Below are positions 14,301-28,920 of a stretch of DNA of 64,000 nucleotides, one piece after another. Where the stretch lies: NCBI RefSeq assembly GCF_009914755.1, contig NC_060926.1; one strand, 5' to 3'. The DNA is from the human T2T-CHM13v2.0 reference genome, Homo sapiens. Within the stretch, counting starts at the first letter, position 1; each line of letters starts with the position of its first letter. Under the pieces are notes generated by a model. That model was not told the origin of the DNA and did no database searches. It saw only the letters and a list, made by a program, of their open reading frames with translations. Made by a program: the position numbers and the translations under genes.

Positions 14301-14559
14301 AGCATCTTGTAACTCATTCTCCCCTGGCTAAAGTGAAACATAGGTAAGTGTGGAGGCTGCAATCCCAGCAACGCTGTAGGTGTTCCCTGTTAGCTGGAGG
14401 AGGGGGCATGTGTTCCTAGAAAGGGGGCCCAAGCGAACAGCCTGTTTTGGCCACGTCTCTTGAGTCCAGGTTCCTCTCCATTGGGTTTTCTCTTCTCTTT
14501 AAATCTCCTGAGGTCCCAGTGTGCCCCAGGCCATAGTTTCTTCCCATTACCAGTCATAG

Positions 14560-14963
<404 letters not shown>

Positions 14964-15289
14964 TGCTTAAACATTTTTAACATCCGCCGTGATACTCTTC
15001 TATTTTTCTTTATGGCAGAAGTAACACTATTTACCTTTTGACAGCACAATGGACCAAAATTGTTTACCAGAACTCACCAGAAAGTGGCATGGAGAGGGGC
15101 CACACATTGCCAACACACTGAAAGAAACGCAGTAGAACACACACTCAGTACAGAGTGCTGATGCTCCCTGGCCGGGACCGCACAGTGCTGTTACCGTAGG
15201 AGTTTTCTTTGGCAGAGAGGATAGGGTAGCACGTAGCATGAGGGAAAAGTGTCATCAGAATTTGGTGACAGATAGATAGACAGATATAG

Positions 15290-15752
15290 AGATATTTTTT
15301 ATTGTGGTAAGAACATAACAAAACTCACCATCTTAAATATTTGTAAGTGTATGGTGAATAGTGTTAAGTATATTCACACCGTTGTGAAACAGATCTCCAA
15401 ACTTTTTAATCTTGTAAAACTGACACTCTATACCTTTTAAACAACTCCCACTTCCCCCCTACCCTTAGCCCCTGGCAACCACCATTTTACTTTCTGTTTC
15501 TATGAATTCGATTACTTTAGATAGCTCATAAAAATGAAATCATCCAGGCAGGTGCAGTGGCTCACACCTGTAATCCTAGCACTTTGGGAGGCCGAGGCAG
15601 GAGGATTGCTTGAGCCCAGGAGTTTGAGACCAGCTGGGCAACACAGTGAGATCCCCATCTCTGTTATTAAAAAAAAAAAAAGAATCACTCAGTATTTGTC
15701 TTTTCTTGAATGGCTTATTTCACTTAGCATAATGTCCTCAAGGTTTACCTAA
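15290..15752 (-). mobile_element. Old L1M (L1MB-like) 3' fragment with inserted FLAM
   Basis: ttattgtggtaa..cccctggcaaccaccattttactttctgtttctatgaat..tggcttatttcacttagcataatgtcctcaagg. Confidence 0.75.
15545..15681 (+). mobile_element. FLAM (Alu monomer)
   Basis: Single left arm plus poly-A. Confidence 0.85.
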
Positions 15753-15840
15753 TAGAAACATTTTTGAAGGAACGCATATTCGAGACAATAGCATTCTAAT
15801 GAATCAGCACACATGGGACAGTGTTAAATGAAGTGAATCA

Positions 15841-16235
<395 letters not shown>

Positions 16236-16394
16236 ATGAAATGGATGCAGGCTCCATCGTCTATGGAGATGGACTCATCCACATTATTTCATATATGCTA
16301 TATATTTTAATACTTTTTTTGTTTTATTTTTTAGTCCAGGTTCCAGGCTTATGAATACATTGTTTTAGAGGCCCAGTGCAAGGGCAAAATCTTT

Positions 16395-16565
16395 AGAGTG
16401 GTGCTTCTGAAATCTGAGTGTGAATCAGAATGACCTTGAAATTTGTTAAAAATACAAATTCCCTGGGTTCCAAGAGATTCTAATTTTGGTAGGTCTGAGG
16501 TGGAGCCCAGGAATCAGCATTTAACAAGCACTCCAGGTGATTCTTTCCTTCTGAGAGACACTGCA
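16395..16565. mobile_element. MER5A-like element
   Basis: agtggtgctt..aatcagaat..ggtctgaggtggagcccaggaatcagcatttaacaagcactccaggtgattct. Confidence 0.65.
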
Positions 16566-18044
16566 AGTCTAAATCAGCAGGGTAGAGCAGTGCCTTTGAG
16601 GGTGAAGCAGTGAGGCTCAACCCCTTTCACAGGTGTTGTACCTTCTTTGGATCCTCCTGATGCATTGTATCTGGACTTTGAATAACAATTAATGTACTCT
16701 GCCTAGTTCTAGAGTTTCTCATGTCCTTGCCTCAGCCCCGCCCAAAGACCACAGGCTTCCTGAGACACAGGCATTTTGCAGTATTGACCTGCATATCCTC
16801 AGCTGGGTTTACCTCACGCCGTCTCTGTTGTGAGAAGATGCGCGATAATATTTGTCAAATGAATGAAGACAATAAGGACAGAAATCCAATGAAAAGAATG
16901 TGACTGAAAGAGTCAGAGAGGAATTTAGTCTTGGTCTGTGAGCCCAACAGCTGTGAGGCCTTAAGTTACTTCCTCTCTCAGGCCTTAGCCCTGTACCTGT
17001 GACATGGGGATCAGTTTCTTCCTCCTTCCTCTTTCTGAGGGCTGCTGTGGGGTACAAATGACATAAGGTATGTAAAAATGCCTGAAAACTGTGGAGCCAC
17101 TCTTTTCAATTTTGTTGAATATGATTGTCTTTTTGCTTTACTGAGTGTTAGGTAGTATGATGAGGCAAAGAACACAAGGTTTACTTCTGGCTATTACCGA
17201 AAAGCGAATCCTATTATTTGGTATTTAAAAGAGCCACATGGCTTTTCCAACTCCAAGGAGAGTGACAAAGAAATTTAGTACTATAAATTTATGATAGGAA
17301 TGGTAGAAATATCCTATAAATAATGAACAGTACAAAGGAAGGGAGATTCACAGGAAAGCAAATTAACTAGGCACACTGCAGTTTGATTCTGACATGGGGA
17401 TTTCCCGTAACCTGTAACTGCTTAATGAAATGACTTCTGGCTTCTCTGAGATCACCTTAAAAGGTAGCAGGTATCTGATAAGATGAGCTGAAAAGCAAAT
17501 TTGTATAATATCCTTTTTAAAACTTCAAGGCAGGGATTATAACCACCCCCTAAACTGCAAAGAACCAAAAGAAGTTGGATCACATCCAAGAAGCAATGTG
17601 TCCCAGGTGGTAAACGCAGAGCCAGTCCACAGTCCAATGAGGAAAGTGAGGACAACGGAGCAAGTTTTCCAGGAAGCTATGTTTATTCAGTTGAGCCAAC
17701 TGCCTCATTCTCAAATGAGGTCTTCCATTGTCTTGGCTCACTAAGGTTCTTACTTATAGGAAATATCGGTATTTTTTTAAACTGACAAATGAAAAGTTGA
17801 CAATGATATTACTCCCCATTCAAATTTGATCAGGCAGCTTTGAGTTTGAATTCTCAATCCACTTAAGGCAAGTGGCTTGAGGCAAATTTCTAATCCACTC
17901 AGGCTTTGATTTCTCTATGTATAATGATACAAAGATTGGCAATAATATTTGTAAAAAGCCTAGCTCAAATTGTAGTATTGGTGGTGGTTATATGAAAAAG
18001 AATGTGTTGTCATTTAGATACATAAATTAGGCAGTGTCTTCTTT

Positions 18045-18345
18045 TTAAAATTTTTTTTATTGTTTTAAGAGATGGGGTCTCTGGCACCCAAGCTGGAGTG
18101 CAGTGGAAGGATCATAGCTCATTGCAACCTCAAACTCCTGGGCTCAAGTGATCCTCCTGCCTCAGCCTCCTGAGTAGCTAGGAGTATAGGCACATGCCAC
18201 CATGCCCGGCTAACTTTTAAAATTTATTTGAGACAGGGTCTGGCTATGTTGTCCAGGCTGGTCTTGAATTCCAGGGCTCAAACAATCCTCCCACCTCAGC
18301 CTCCCAAAGTCTTGGGAATACAGGTGTGAGCCACTGTGCCTGGCC
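18045..18345 (-). mobile_element. Alu (AluJ-like)
   Basis: Full dimer. Confidence 0.9.
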
Positions 18346-19272
18346 ATGGTAGCTTGTCTTGATGGTATAAAATTACTGTTTTCATTACTGTGTTAGATGT
18401 TTTTTCATTTTCCCATGGTGGCCTCCTTTGGGACTGTCCATGCTTTTGCTCCAAGAGTAAATCTCAAAGGAGCAAGCATGAGTAGGAATTTTCCTTGCAT
18501 GCACACAGCCAGCCAAACAGCCCTATGTCCGTGATGAGGTGCATTCCAGAACCAGTGGTAGGATGGGGTTGGGTTGTACCTACTAGCTGAAGTTTTTATT
18601 AGATGTAGAATTTAAACTCACACTTGGTTCTGGGTCTAGTATTTAAAAACTTCCTATTGTATTATGTATATCTTTATATTCCTAGTGCTTAATAAATTAT
18701 AGTTCCTCAACTACTGTTTGTTGATGATTTGAATAAGTAAATGTACAAATAAATATCAGGGAGTACAACAGCTCCATTAAATCATGTGGGTTTTTCCAAT
18801 TATTTGCTGCTATTTGTTTCTGGAACTGATCTGAAATAGATAGCATTTTGATGTGTGACCTTTAACTTACCAAGGCAGACAGAAAACAGGAAAAGGGTGG
18901 GAGTCCCTATGACTAAAACGTTTATGTTAAGTCCATGATGGATATTCCAGGTGTTCTGGTAGGCATCTTCCTGGCCAAAATTTAAGCTGAATTTGAGCGC
19001 AACGTCTAATAACGGCTGGACTTGTTTTCCAGGGACCTCAAAGGTATTTTCTTAGATAGGTCATGTTCTGGGGCTTTTGACTCTAATGCAATGTGGGCAA
19101 TGCAATGACCATGTTATTTTAGAGACATTTACAGGTCACTCAGGGAGTATGAAGGAGGCAAACACTTTGGCTCTCTTATATCTGTCACTCACAGGAAGCT
19201 GGTGGCTTAAAGTTTTTAAGACATTTGTTTTGGTTGAGTTCTCCACCAGAAGTTGAGCAAGGCAGAATTGCA

Positions 19273-19788
<516 letters not shown>

Positions 19789-20531
19789 TAATAATGGAAG
19801 CAACATTTTAAGACAAAGGTACTTGTGCTATAACGTTGATGAGTGGGACATTTCTAAACATTTACCAGCATGAGAAACACGTACATGCTAAATGTAACTC
19901 GACATAGACATTAAATGCCAAGTGTTCAGGCTGCAGGGAAGTGAGACTGGGGGAAGACAAAGGAGAAGGGAACTGGTGACTATTAGGTACCCAGGGAGCC
20001 TTCAGTTAGTTGGAATGTTTAGAAAACTGGGAATCCTTGAATTTACCTTCCAAATTAATCAAAACCCAAAAGATATAACTTATTGGTCATCAAAAATCTT
20101 TCCAAATACTGTTTTTTTCAAGGTTCCTGTAGGTTTAACAATTTTTAAAAAGCGAGTGTAATTTACCATGACATTGAGATTAGAAAGAAAGCAAATAAAT
20201 TACTTAAGGGGGTAAGAACCTATAAAATATGTGTCTTCTCCACTAGTAGCAAGCCCTCTATGGCTTGGGTGACTGAAGTTGCCCCCATGCCTGTTTGGAA
20301 TGGGTGCTGGCCTCCTTACCTGCCACTCAGAGATCACTTGACCACTACAGTCACGGTGGGGATACCAGTTAATAGGTCATTTGTGGTGAAGCTGGTAAAC
20401 AGTAAGTGCTCAATAAAAACTTATTAAATGAATGAATCAAATAAATAATTCCACTTTGAACAAACGAGGCCAGACTTAAAGCAATTTTTATTCCTAAAGA
20501 TTCTGCAACTGAATTTTGTCAAGACTTCTTT

Positions 20532-20670
20532 ATTTATTTATTTATTTATTATTATTATACTTTAAGTTTTAGGGTACATGTGCACAATGTGCAGGTTAGT
20601 TACATATGTATACATGTGCCATGCTGGTGTGCTGCACCCACTAACTCGTCATCTAGCATTAGGTATATCT
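20532..20670 (-). mobile_element. L1PA (L1PA2/3-like) extreme 3' end plus A-rich tail, 3' part of the U6/L1 chimera
   Basis: Minus strand agatatacctaatgctagatgacGAGttagtggg...aaaacttAaagtataataa, showing GAG/A rather than the L1HS-Ta ACA/G diagnostics. TSD TTGTCAAGACTTCTTT at 20516-20531 and 20778-20793. Confidence 0.92.
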
Positions 20671-20720
20671 AAAAATATGGAACGCTTCACGAATTTGCGT
20701 GTCATCCTTGCGCAGGGGCC

Positions 20721-20771
<51 letters not shown>

Positions 20772-20777
20772 GAGCAC
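20671..20777 (-). pseudogene. Full-length U6 snRNA retrocopy (107 nt), 5' part of a U6/L1 chimera
   Basis: Reverse complement reads GTGCTCGCTTCGGCAGCACATATAC...AAGCGTTCCATATTTTT, identical by eye to U6. It is fused to an L1 tail and flanked by a TSD; no TATA/PSE is apparent upstream. Possibly the locus named RNU6-5P (from memory, unverified). Confidence 0.96.
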
Positions 20778-22292
20778 TTGTCAAGACTTCTTTGCGTTTG
20801 AGAATTCTGTCATGAATATGGCCTAGGTTTGATGGCAAAATGATTAAGAAATGAAATGGAGTTAATTTTCATTGAGTGCCTAACATATGCCAGGTATCTT
20901 GCTTGAGTTTTGCATATTTACTTATTTATTTTAAAATTTATTTTTTTTCAATAAACCACCTACAAAGCTTCTGGATGTGTATTATTTAAGCTTTGTAACC
21001 ATTTTGCACTTGAGGAAGCTAGAACTCAGACTTAAATAACTTGTCTATGGCCTCACAGGGAGCAAGTGGCAGAGCCAGAATCCAAACGCAGATTTGTGAG
21101 TGCACGGCTTTTGCTGTGACGCTGTAACCTCTCATTTGGCCTGTTCTTTCCAGCCAATGTGAAAGACACATAAAACAGTGATAGAGAGAGGGGCAGGAAA
21201 GACTATGAAGATGGGACAGTACAGTGAGAAGTCACATCATTTAGGGCCTTAAATTGCCCATCTGTAAGCCCAGACGTTTGGACTGGATGACCTCTGAGTG
21301 GGGTGACCACACGGCCCCATTTTCCAAGGCAACCCAGACTTATACCTGCTTTGCCACTGCAACTATTAGCACCCCTTCCACTCTCAAAAATGTTCCATTG
21401 TGGATCATAAATTCTAAGGTCGCCCTATCTGCGAAGTTCTGGCTCTTAATTTCTGTTATTTCATACTGAACCTAATAATACTTCTCTGATGACTGAAGCA
21501 CGGTAAAATTTCATTTTCCAGGCCTGGAGGTACAGGGAGGATGGTAGGTGAGGTGACCCTTATGTAGAAGTTGCTTTGCATTTCTGATATGGATATTTTT
21601 TCAATCTAGGAGCTAGTGCTCCTTTCCTTTAAAAGTACACTAGTAGATCCCCTTCTAGTGGATTTGGCTCCAGTTAATTTGGGATCATTATATAAATATT
21701 TGTTTCCTACTTCACACTAATAGTGGCTACTCCTTATTGAGTGCTTACACTAAGGCTAAATGCTGAGTGCATTATCTCATTTAATGCATATATTAATGCT
21801 ATAAGATAGTTCCTCACCTTATAGATAAGGAAACAGGTTTAGTGAAGTGACTTGCAAGTAAGACACGGAGCCAGGTCTTCCTAAGCTCTTAGCCATTCTT
21901 CTATATTGAGATCTGTATGTATACATACAGCAGATAATTAAGAAAGTTATCAGACTCCTAAATTCCCATTGGCCTTTCCTGTATTTATCAGTATCCATGC
22001 CAGTCTTTGTAATTTCATCTTCCATTGCTTCAGCCATCCATCTTTACCTCCTAGTACAAACATCTGCCTCAAGTAAACAGATTTTGACTAAGATGCAGAT
22101 TCTTGGAAAAAACGAAGATGGGATTAGCAAGTAGGTACAATGAATATTTACTTACTTATACAAACCTTTTTTTGTTTGTCTTTCTTTTCCACAGTTTAAA
22201 ACCGAAAACAGACACTTGTTTTTTTGTTTATATTTACATAAACAATACTTAAAAGAAAAACCACCAGTTGACACCATATCATTCTGCTTTTC

Positions 22293-22298
22293 TTTATT
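22293..22298 (-). terminator. Distal polyadenylation signal AATAAA of WIPF1
   Basis: tttatt on the + strand, followed on the - strand by tggtgtcaactggtggtttttcttt (GU/U-rich). Confidence 0.75.
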
Positions 22299-24467
22299 GT
22301 CTGGCTAACTTACAAAGATGCAGATGTCTAGGGTAGTCTCTACCCTACCACTTACACTATCCTGATGACACAGATAGCAAAATGTGTCTGTTTACATAGT
22401 GCATGATATGAAAAAAAAGTTTTTCTTCCTCTACGGTCCTTGACTATAAGGAGGGAAAAATTAATTTCATGCCAACATTTTTGGGGAACTTTAACAATCA
22501 TCCCATTTCTGCTACTAAAATAACAAAACTGGTATTACACTTTAAAATATAAAGACCTAACAGTTTTTACAAATATGCAAATAATCTACTACTTAGACAT
22601 AAAAAAAAGTTGATTTCTTTTAAATCACAAAGTAAGGCACCATTGGATTAAACATTTCTCCTGGCTTTTACTAAATAAAATGCATAGTGAAATAAATACT
22701 GAACACTGAGTTTTAATACTGTAATACATTTCAATATAAAATAAGAGGTGAATGTGAAAATACTGTATTACATGTTGAATACATTTATCTGAAAATGTTA
22801 TAAAAAAACACACATGTAAGCTCTGATTTCAGGGAAGAAAAATTCATTTTTGTAATTTTCCATAGTTTAAGATTTTACCACAGAACTTATTCATAGTTTT
22901 AGATGCAATTAGGTTGCAAACTTTCAAAGAAAGGGTGTAGGTGTATTAATGAAACAGTCACTTAAACACTACATTCTAAAACAATCTATTCTGGATGAAT
23001 GGCAACTTTGAGCTATCACCCTGTTTCAGATTTAGAACGGTACCTGCCAAGTTCAGATATGCAAAGGAATTGTCCAATTCTTACTACCCCTTATAAAATT
23101 CAGACTCACTTTCTCTGAGTCAGACTTTTCTCCGTCATATTTTCTAGGAAGGGCAAATTCCATCTTTTGTGAAATGGGTCATTAGGCTTTATCATAGGGA
23201 TGTTTTTCACTGTTGAAATCAGATAAAAGAATCCCAAATAAATGATGCTGCTAAATTACCAAACTGCTAGAGATTAAAAAAATTTTTTTTTAAAAAGCCA
23301 ACACTTTGCCAAGCTTGTTATATCTTATTATTTCTTGATTCTCTTTGAGTAAAAAGCCCAAATGACTGTATGGAAGAGAGATGAATGGTAGAGGAGAGAG
23401 GAAACACAGGTTCTCTAATGTACTAAATCAGGACTTTGGCAAGGAAGTTATAAAAATATAATATATTCAAATCAGTAACTTCATAATTTATTAGACATCC
23501 CATTTATTAGAACTCTAAGTTCTTTTGCTTTTATATAAATGAAACATTTATTCTATAAATAGAAATGTATTTTTCAGAATTTTCTTTGGGTTGGTTTCTT
23601 GGTAGCATCTCCCAGTAATACATGAATAACATACTGAAACCATGATACAATGTTTAGGTAGATATACATATACATATGTGGTCATGTGTTTTTAAAAAAC
23701 AAGTAATGGTAATTTTAAACAAAACCATGTAAAATATCTAAGTGGAAATATTTTTTCCCAACTCTATAGCTAGATTTAAAAGTCCCAGTAAAATTTTGTA
23801 AACAAAATCATATAAGAAAAGGCAAGGCTGGCTCTTCCCTATGGTCCTTTAGTGGAGCTATATTTGCATAGATCCTAGACAAATGATGCAAAACAAATTC
23901 CCTCCAATTTCCACTAGCAATCTCCCTAATTCGCTCAACCCTTACATAAGCATCAGATTTAGATTTTTAGAGTTTTGCCCACCAACTCAAATCGGTTCCC
24001 TTCTTCTTCCATGTTTCTGATTTGATATCTTTTCCTGACTTTTTTCCCCTCCTACCAAGCCTTCCTAGTCTCTCCCAGCCTCAGGAGCTTGCTCAGCCAG
24101 AAAGGAACAAAGGCTGCTTCCATTTCACAAGGCAGAAGTCCAGCTGACAAGTGGAGTGCGTGAGCCAGCTGGTTCTGAGCCCAGAAGTCCCGACAGGCTT
24201 TCCATTTGTTTCCAATGGCTTTATTCCACATGACTTTAGTAAACCGTACTGAATCAATTTCTGACCTTGGTACTTTGAAGCAACACTTGTATACAGATAT
24301 TAAGGGAAGAGGGAAGTTAAGGGAGGAAAATCGAAGGTCAAACTGTGTGTCAAACAAGGTGCTGGGTCCTAATTTTATTTTTAGTTGCCTCTTGAATCGC
24401 TCAAGCCCATCTTGCCTTTTTTGTTTTTTAAACAAGAGGTTTCTGCACTAGCTTCCATCTTCCAGAC

Positions 24468-24740
24468 TCGTGCTGTCTAATCCAGTAGCCACCAGCCACA
24501 TGTGGCTACTGAGCACTTAAAAATGTGACTAGTCTGAATGGAGATGTGCGGTAAGTGTAAAATACACTCTGGATTTTGAAGATTCAGTACCAAAAAATAA
24601 TATAAAATATCTCATTAAAATTTTATGTTGATTACAGGTTGAAATATTTTGGATGCATATTAACTTCACTTGTTTAAAATATATTAGAAATGTAAAAATT
24701 GTATATGGGGCTCACATTATATTTCTATTGGACAGCTCTG
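24468..24740. mobile_element. MER33/MER3-like hAT element inside the WIPF1 3' UTR
   Basis: gctgtctaat..agccacatgtggctactgagcactt...tatttctattggacagc. Confidence 0.75.
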
Positions 24741-24805
24741 TCCTAGAGCCAAGCTCGGACTGCCAAAGATTGGACATCCTGTGACTGCAAGTTTCCAGTG
24801 AGCCC

Positions 24806-24830
24806 TTACTCAGCAGCTTGCTTAGGTGGT
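24806..24830 (-). CDS. WIPF1: Alternative WIPF1 terminal coding segment (RPPKQAAE*, 510-aa isoform)
   Basis: Acceptor cctcctctctgtttctatgaaccacag at 24832-24831; in frame with donor AG/GTGATC at 25255; TAA at 24808-24806. Confidence 0.7.
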
Positions 24831-25251
24831 CTGTGGTTCATAGAAACAGAGAGGAGGCCAAGCATGCGAAAAAGGAACGGGAGAAAACAGCTCTCAGGGA
24901 CTTTAATAATTACAGTCTGTAACAAATAAGCAGTGAATGTTTGAATTTGGTTGGTGGAAAGCTGGGATGCAAGTCATCTCTGCCTATTACGACAAAAGCC
25001 TATCGACCCCAGCAGCCAGCACAGGCAGGCTGCAGCTGAAGCAAGCAATAGCCTGGAGAATAAACACAATATGAAAAGCTAGGTGCATTTCTTACCGATT
25101 CCCACCCACACACGCATATTCCCACTCCCCCTCCCACCTTTCCTCCTGCCCATACATGAGGCACAAGGGAAGAAGCAGGGAGGAGGGTATGCAGTTCTTA
25201 GATAGCAACAGAAGCAGCTCTTGAGCTTGGGTAGAGAAGAGCAGGCAAAGA

Positions 25252-25307
25252 TCACCTCGGGATGGGAGGGAGTGGTGGAGCACCCCTTTCTCTTCGGTTG
25301 GATCCAC
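25252..25307 (-). CDS. WIPF1: WIPF1 exon 8 coding part (GSNRRERGAPPLPPIPR*)
   Basis: Acceptor ttttttcaccaag; TGA at 25254-25252; brings the CDS total to 1512 nt. Confidence 0.96.
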
Positions 25308-25993
25308 CTTGGTGAAAAAACAGACAAAATATAATTTTGGTTAGAAAGCTGATGTTCTCATCGTGGAAACTCGGGGATGGTTGCACGGGTACCCACTACC
25401 TCATCCCTATGACCAGGGCTGTCAGCTAACTGGCGTATGTTGTGGATGAGAAGTGAGAGGTGAAAACAAGCAAGTAATGTTCTGAATAAACATCATGGTG
25501 GGTGATCCATCACTGGCTCCCAAGTACTTGCACAAAGTTAAAAAAAATCATTTTCTTCTTATCACAGTGTGTGCTTATTATAGATTTAGAAAATATGGAT
25601 GAGTAAAAACAAAGAACTCACCCATTCCTCCAGCACCCAGAGATAACCAATTATGTGTATATTTTTTACTTAGAAACAGTTCCCCGTTTTCTTCCAGAAA
25701 TAAGATCATATAGTCAGTTTGAACATCTTTCAAAGGCATTACTCTTTGCAAAGATTATTAATGACAGTCTGCATTCCAAAATATGACTACACTACAGTCT
25801 ACCTAGTCAATTCCCTTTTGTTGGGCATTTAGGTATCTTCTAATTAAAAATTAGAAAGCTTTTCTGACAGTAGCCATTCTAATGGGTGTAAAGTTGTATC
25901 TCACTATAGTTTTATTTGCAGTTTCATAAAAGTTAGTGATGTTGAACACCTTTTCAAGTACTCTGTCGATGTGTTCTTTTAAAAGTTATTCAC

Positions 25994-26310
<317 letters not shown>

Positions 26311-27043
26311 CTATCAGTCCACTGTAACTAGGCTTAAAACCCATTCACATAAAAAAAATTCATTTACTACACAAACATTTGTTGAGGATTTAACAGGTGT
26401 TTGGCATGAGGTCAGGTGCTCAGATGTTGTGAACAGGTCTAACTGGGGCATGTGTCAATCAGGTAGGTCTGCTCTAACCACTGCTCTGAGACTCAGTGGG
26501 CTGGAACTGGCAGATTCCTCAAGTAGGCATCTTGATAGGGACCCTACTGGTCCACTTAGGGATTTCTGAGAAAGAACCAAATTTCTGAGCAAGGAAGGGA
26601 GTTAGGAGAAAACACTGAAAGAAGCACCTCTTCCTCTCACCATCCCAACCAAATATTTTCTTGGGCAGGCATCTGAGAAAAGACTCATCTGGATGTAAAC
26701 CAGACACCTATCATGGGGCCTTGACCATCAACTGACCCGCCACAAGTGGTTAGTAGAATGAGGGCTGGCCTTGTCCAAAGCTGTAATTAGAGGGCACTCC
26801 AAGTGCATTCGGTACTGCTCAGGGCTGTCTGGGTGCGCTCTCAGGCTGTGGGCTTGGAGGCTGAGGCTGCTGCAGAGCAGAGGAAAACTTGGTACTCGAC
26901 GGTGCCTTATTTATTTTTGTTAGATGATCCATTATCATTATAAAATATTAAACATGCCTAATGCTGGAAATATTTAAGGCAAATCTACAAAAAAATTTTG
27001 GTAGACTGTGGAAATTAATTCACCAATTTAAAAACTACTTTTA

Positions 27044-27175
27044 GGCGAGGCATGGTAGCTCATGCCTATAATCCAGTGCTTTGGGAGGTTAAGGCAGGGG
27101 ACTACTTGAGGCCAGAAGCTCAAGACCAGCCTGGGTGACATAGAGATATCCTGTCTCTATAAGAAAATTTTTAAA
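27044..27175 (+). mobile_element. FLAM-like Alu monomer
   Basis: Diverged left arm. Confidence 0.75.
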
Positions 27176-27519
27176 AAGAAATACTTGAAAATGCCCTTTA
27201 TGTTTCAGGCTCTGTGCCCCTCAAGGAAGGTGCAATAGTGAGCAGGACACAGTTCTAGTCCTTACATTGCCTACTCAAGTCTTAAAGGAGGATGGGAGAA
27301 GATATATGCTTAGCTATTCCATTAAAGATCTAGAGGGTACAGGGAAGATGGTCTATTACCAATTTAAAAATAGAAATAATATTTAGAATAAGAAGCAAAT
27401 AATAAGTTAGGAAAAATATTTGGAGTCTATATGAACAACTCCTTAAAGTCAATTCATTTATTGGTGCCCAAGAAGGAAGAAGGGCTGTACTCTTATCAAA
27501 CAGAAGCCCTTCTTCTGGT

Positions 27520-27520
<1 letters not shown>

Positions 27521-27556
<36 letters not shown>
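27521..27556. repeat. (CA)18 microsatellite
   Basis: Direct reading. Confidence 0.95.
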
Positions 27557-27558
<2 letters not shown>

Positions 27559-27603
27559 ATTCAAAGATATCTGTCCCATGTGAAAACTTACTTTTCACTA
27601 ACA

Positions 27604-27899
27604 CTTTTTTTTTTTTTTTGAGATGGAGTTTCGCTCTCGTTGCCCAGGCTCAAGTGCAATGGCGACTTCTGCTCACCGCAACCTCCACCTCCTGAGTTCA
27701 AGCAATTCTCCTGCCTCAGCCTCCTGAGTAGCTGGGATTACACGCATGCGCCCCTATGCCCGGCTAATTTTGTATTTTTAGTAGAGACAGGTTTTCTCCA
27801 TGTTGGTCAGGCTAGTCTCGAACTCCTGACCTCAGGTGATCTGCCCACCTCAGCCTCCCAAAGTGCTGGGATTACAGGCGTGAGCCACCGTGCCTGGCC
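27604..27899 (-). mobile_element. Alu (AluSp/Sq-like), intron 7
   Basis: Full dimer; TSD ttcactaa. Confidence 0.92.
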
Positions 27900-28582
27900 T
27901 TCACTAAAAATTTCAATCATCAACTCTTGTATAATAATTTTATTATAGCTATACTTCTTCATTAGGTATTGTCTATGAATGCAGTCTTCCACAGAAACAA
28001 ATCTTTTCAGGAATTAAAGTTTTCCTTTTAAGCAGTAGTATTCTGTTTTCTTCTAGCATTTGTCCATGGAAATTTTCCTATATTTTCTAACTCTTTAAAT
28101 TTTTCTACAGAGGCACAAAGCACAGTTTGACTCAATTAATTTAATTCCATTTAACCCAATAGAAATTCAACCCAACAGAAACATCTGGTGTTGTCCTGCG
28201 CTGTGACACACAGCACAGCCATGTTCCTGTCTCCTCCTCTGACCTGGGACTGCCATCTGTCACTTCTCTCCCATGTCAGTGATTTTGCTTCTCACCAGTC
28301 TTAACTTTAGCTGTTATTAATCTCCTATAAGGTTTGGAACCAACCAACCAAAAATTACTTTAAACTGTGTTAGGAAAGAATCAGTAGGCTTTGAGTACAT
28401 GTAAGGTGCTCTGTTAGGGAGTGGGGCCATCGCTAGGGGTGTTGTGACATATTTGACTTGTTTGCTTAAGTTTTCTCTATTTCTGGTTTGGGAATTTGGC
28501 TCTGAGGCTAAGGCTGCCACGAACCTCAGCCTCATGGATGACATATGCATATTTCATGCTAATTCTTTCTTCGTTGTATACA

Positions 28583-28893
<311 letters not shown>

Positions 28894-28920
28894 TATTGTG
28901 TTTTTTTAAAAGTAAATTTC

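Larger units (their letters stand above)
22280..25251 (-). other. WIPF1: WIPF1 3' UTR (~3 kb)
   Basis: Runs from the stop codon to AATAAA at 22298-22293 with a GU/U-rich downstream element; AU-rich, Alu-free, contains miRNA seed matches. Confidence 0.8.

Noticed and set aside
20671-20777. Active U6 snRNA gene
   Set aside because: The sequence is perfect, but it is fused to an L1 tail within a TSD and no upstream TATA/PSE is apparent, so it is a retrocopy.
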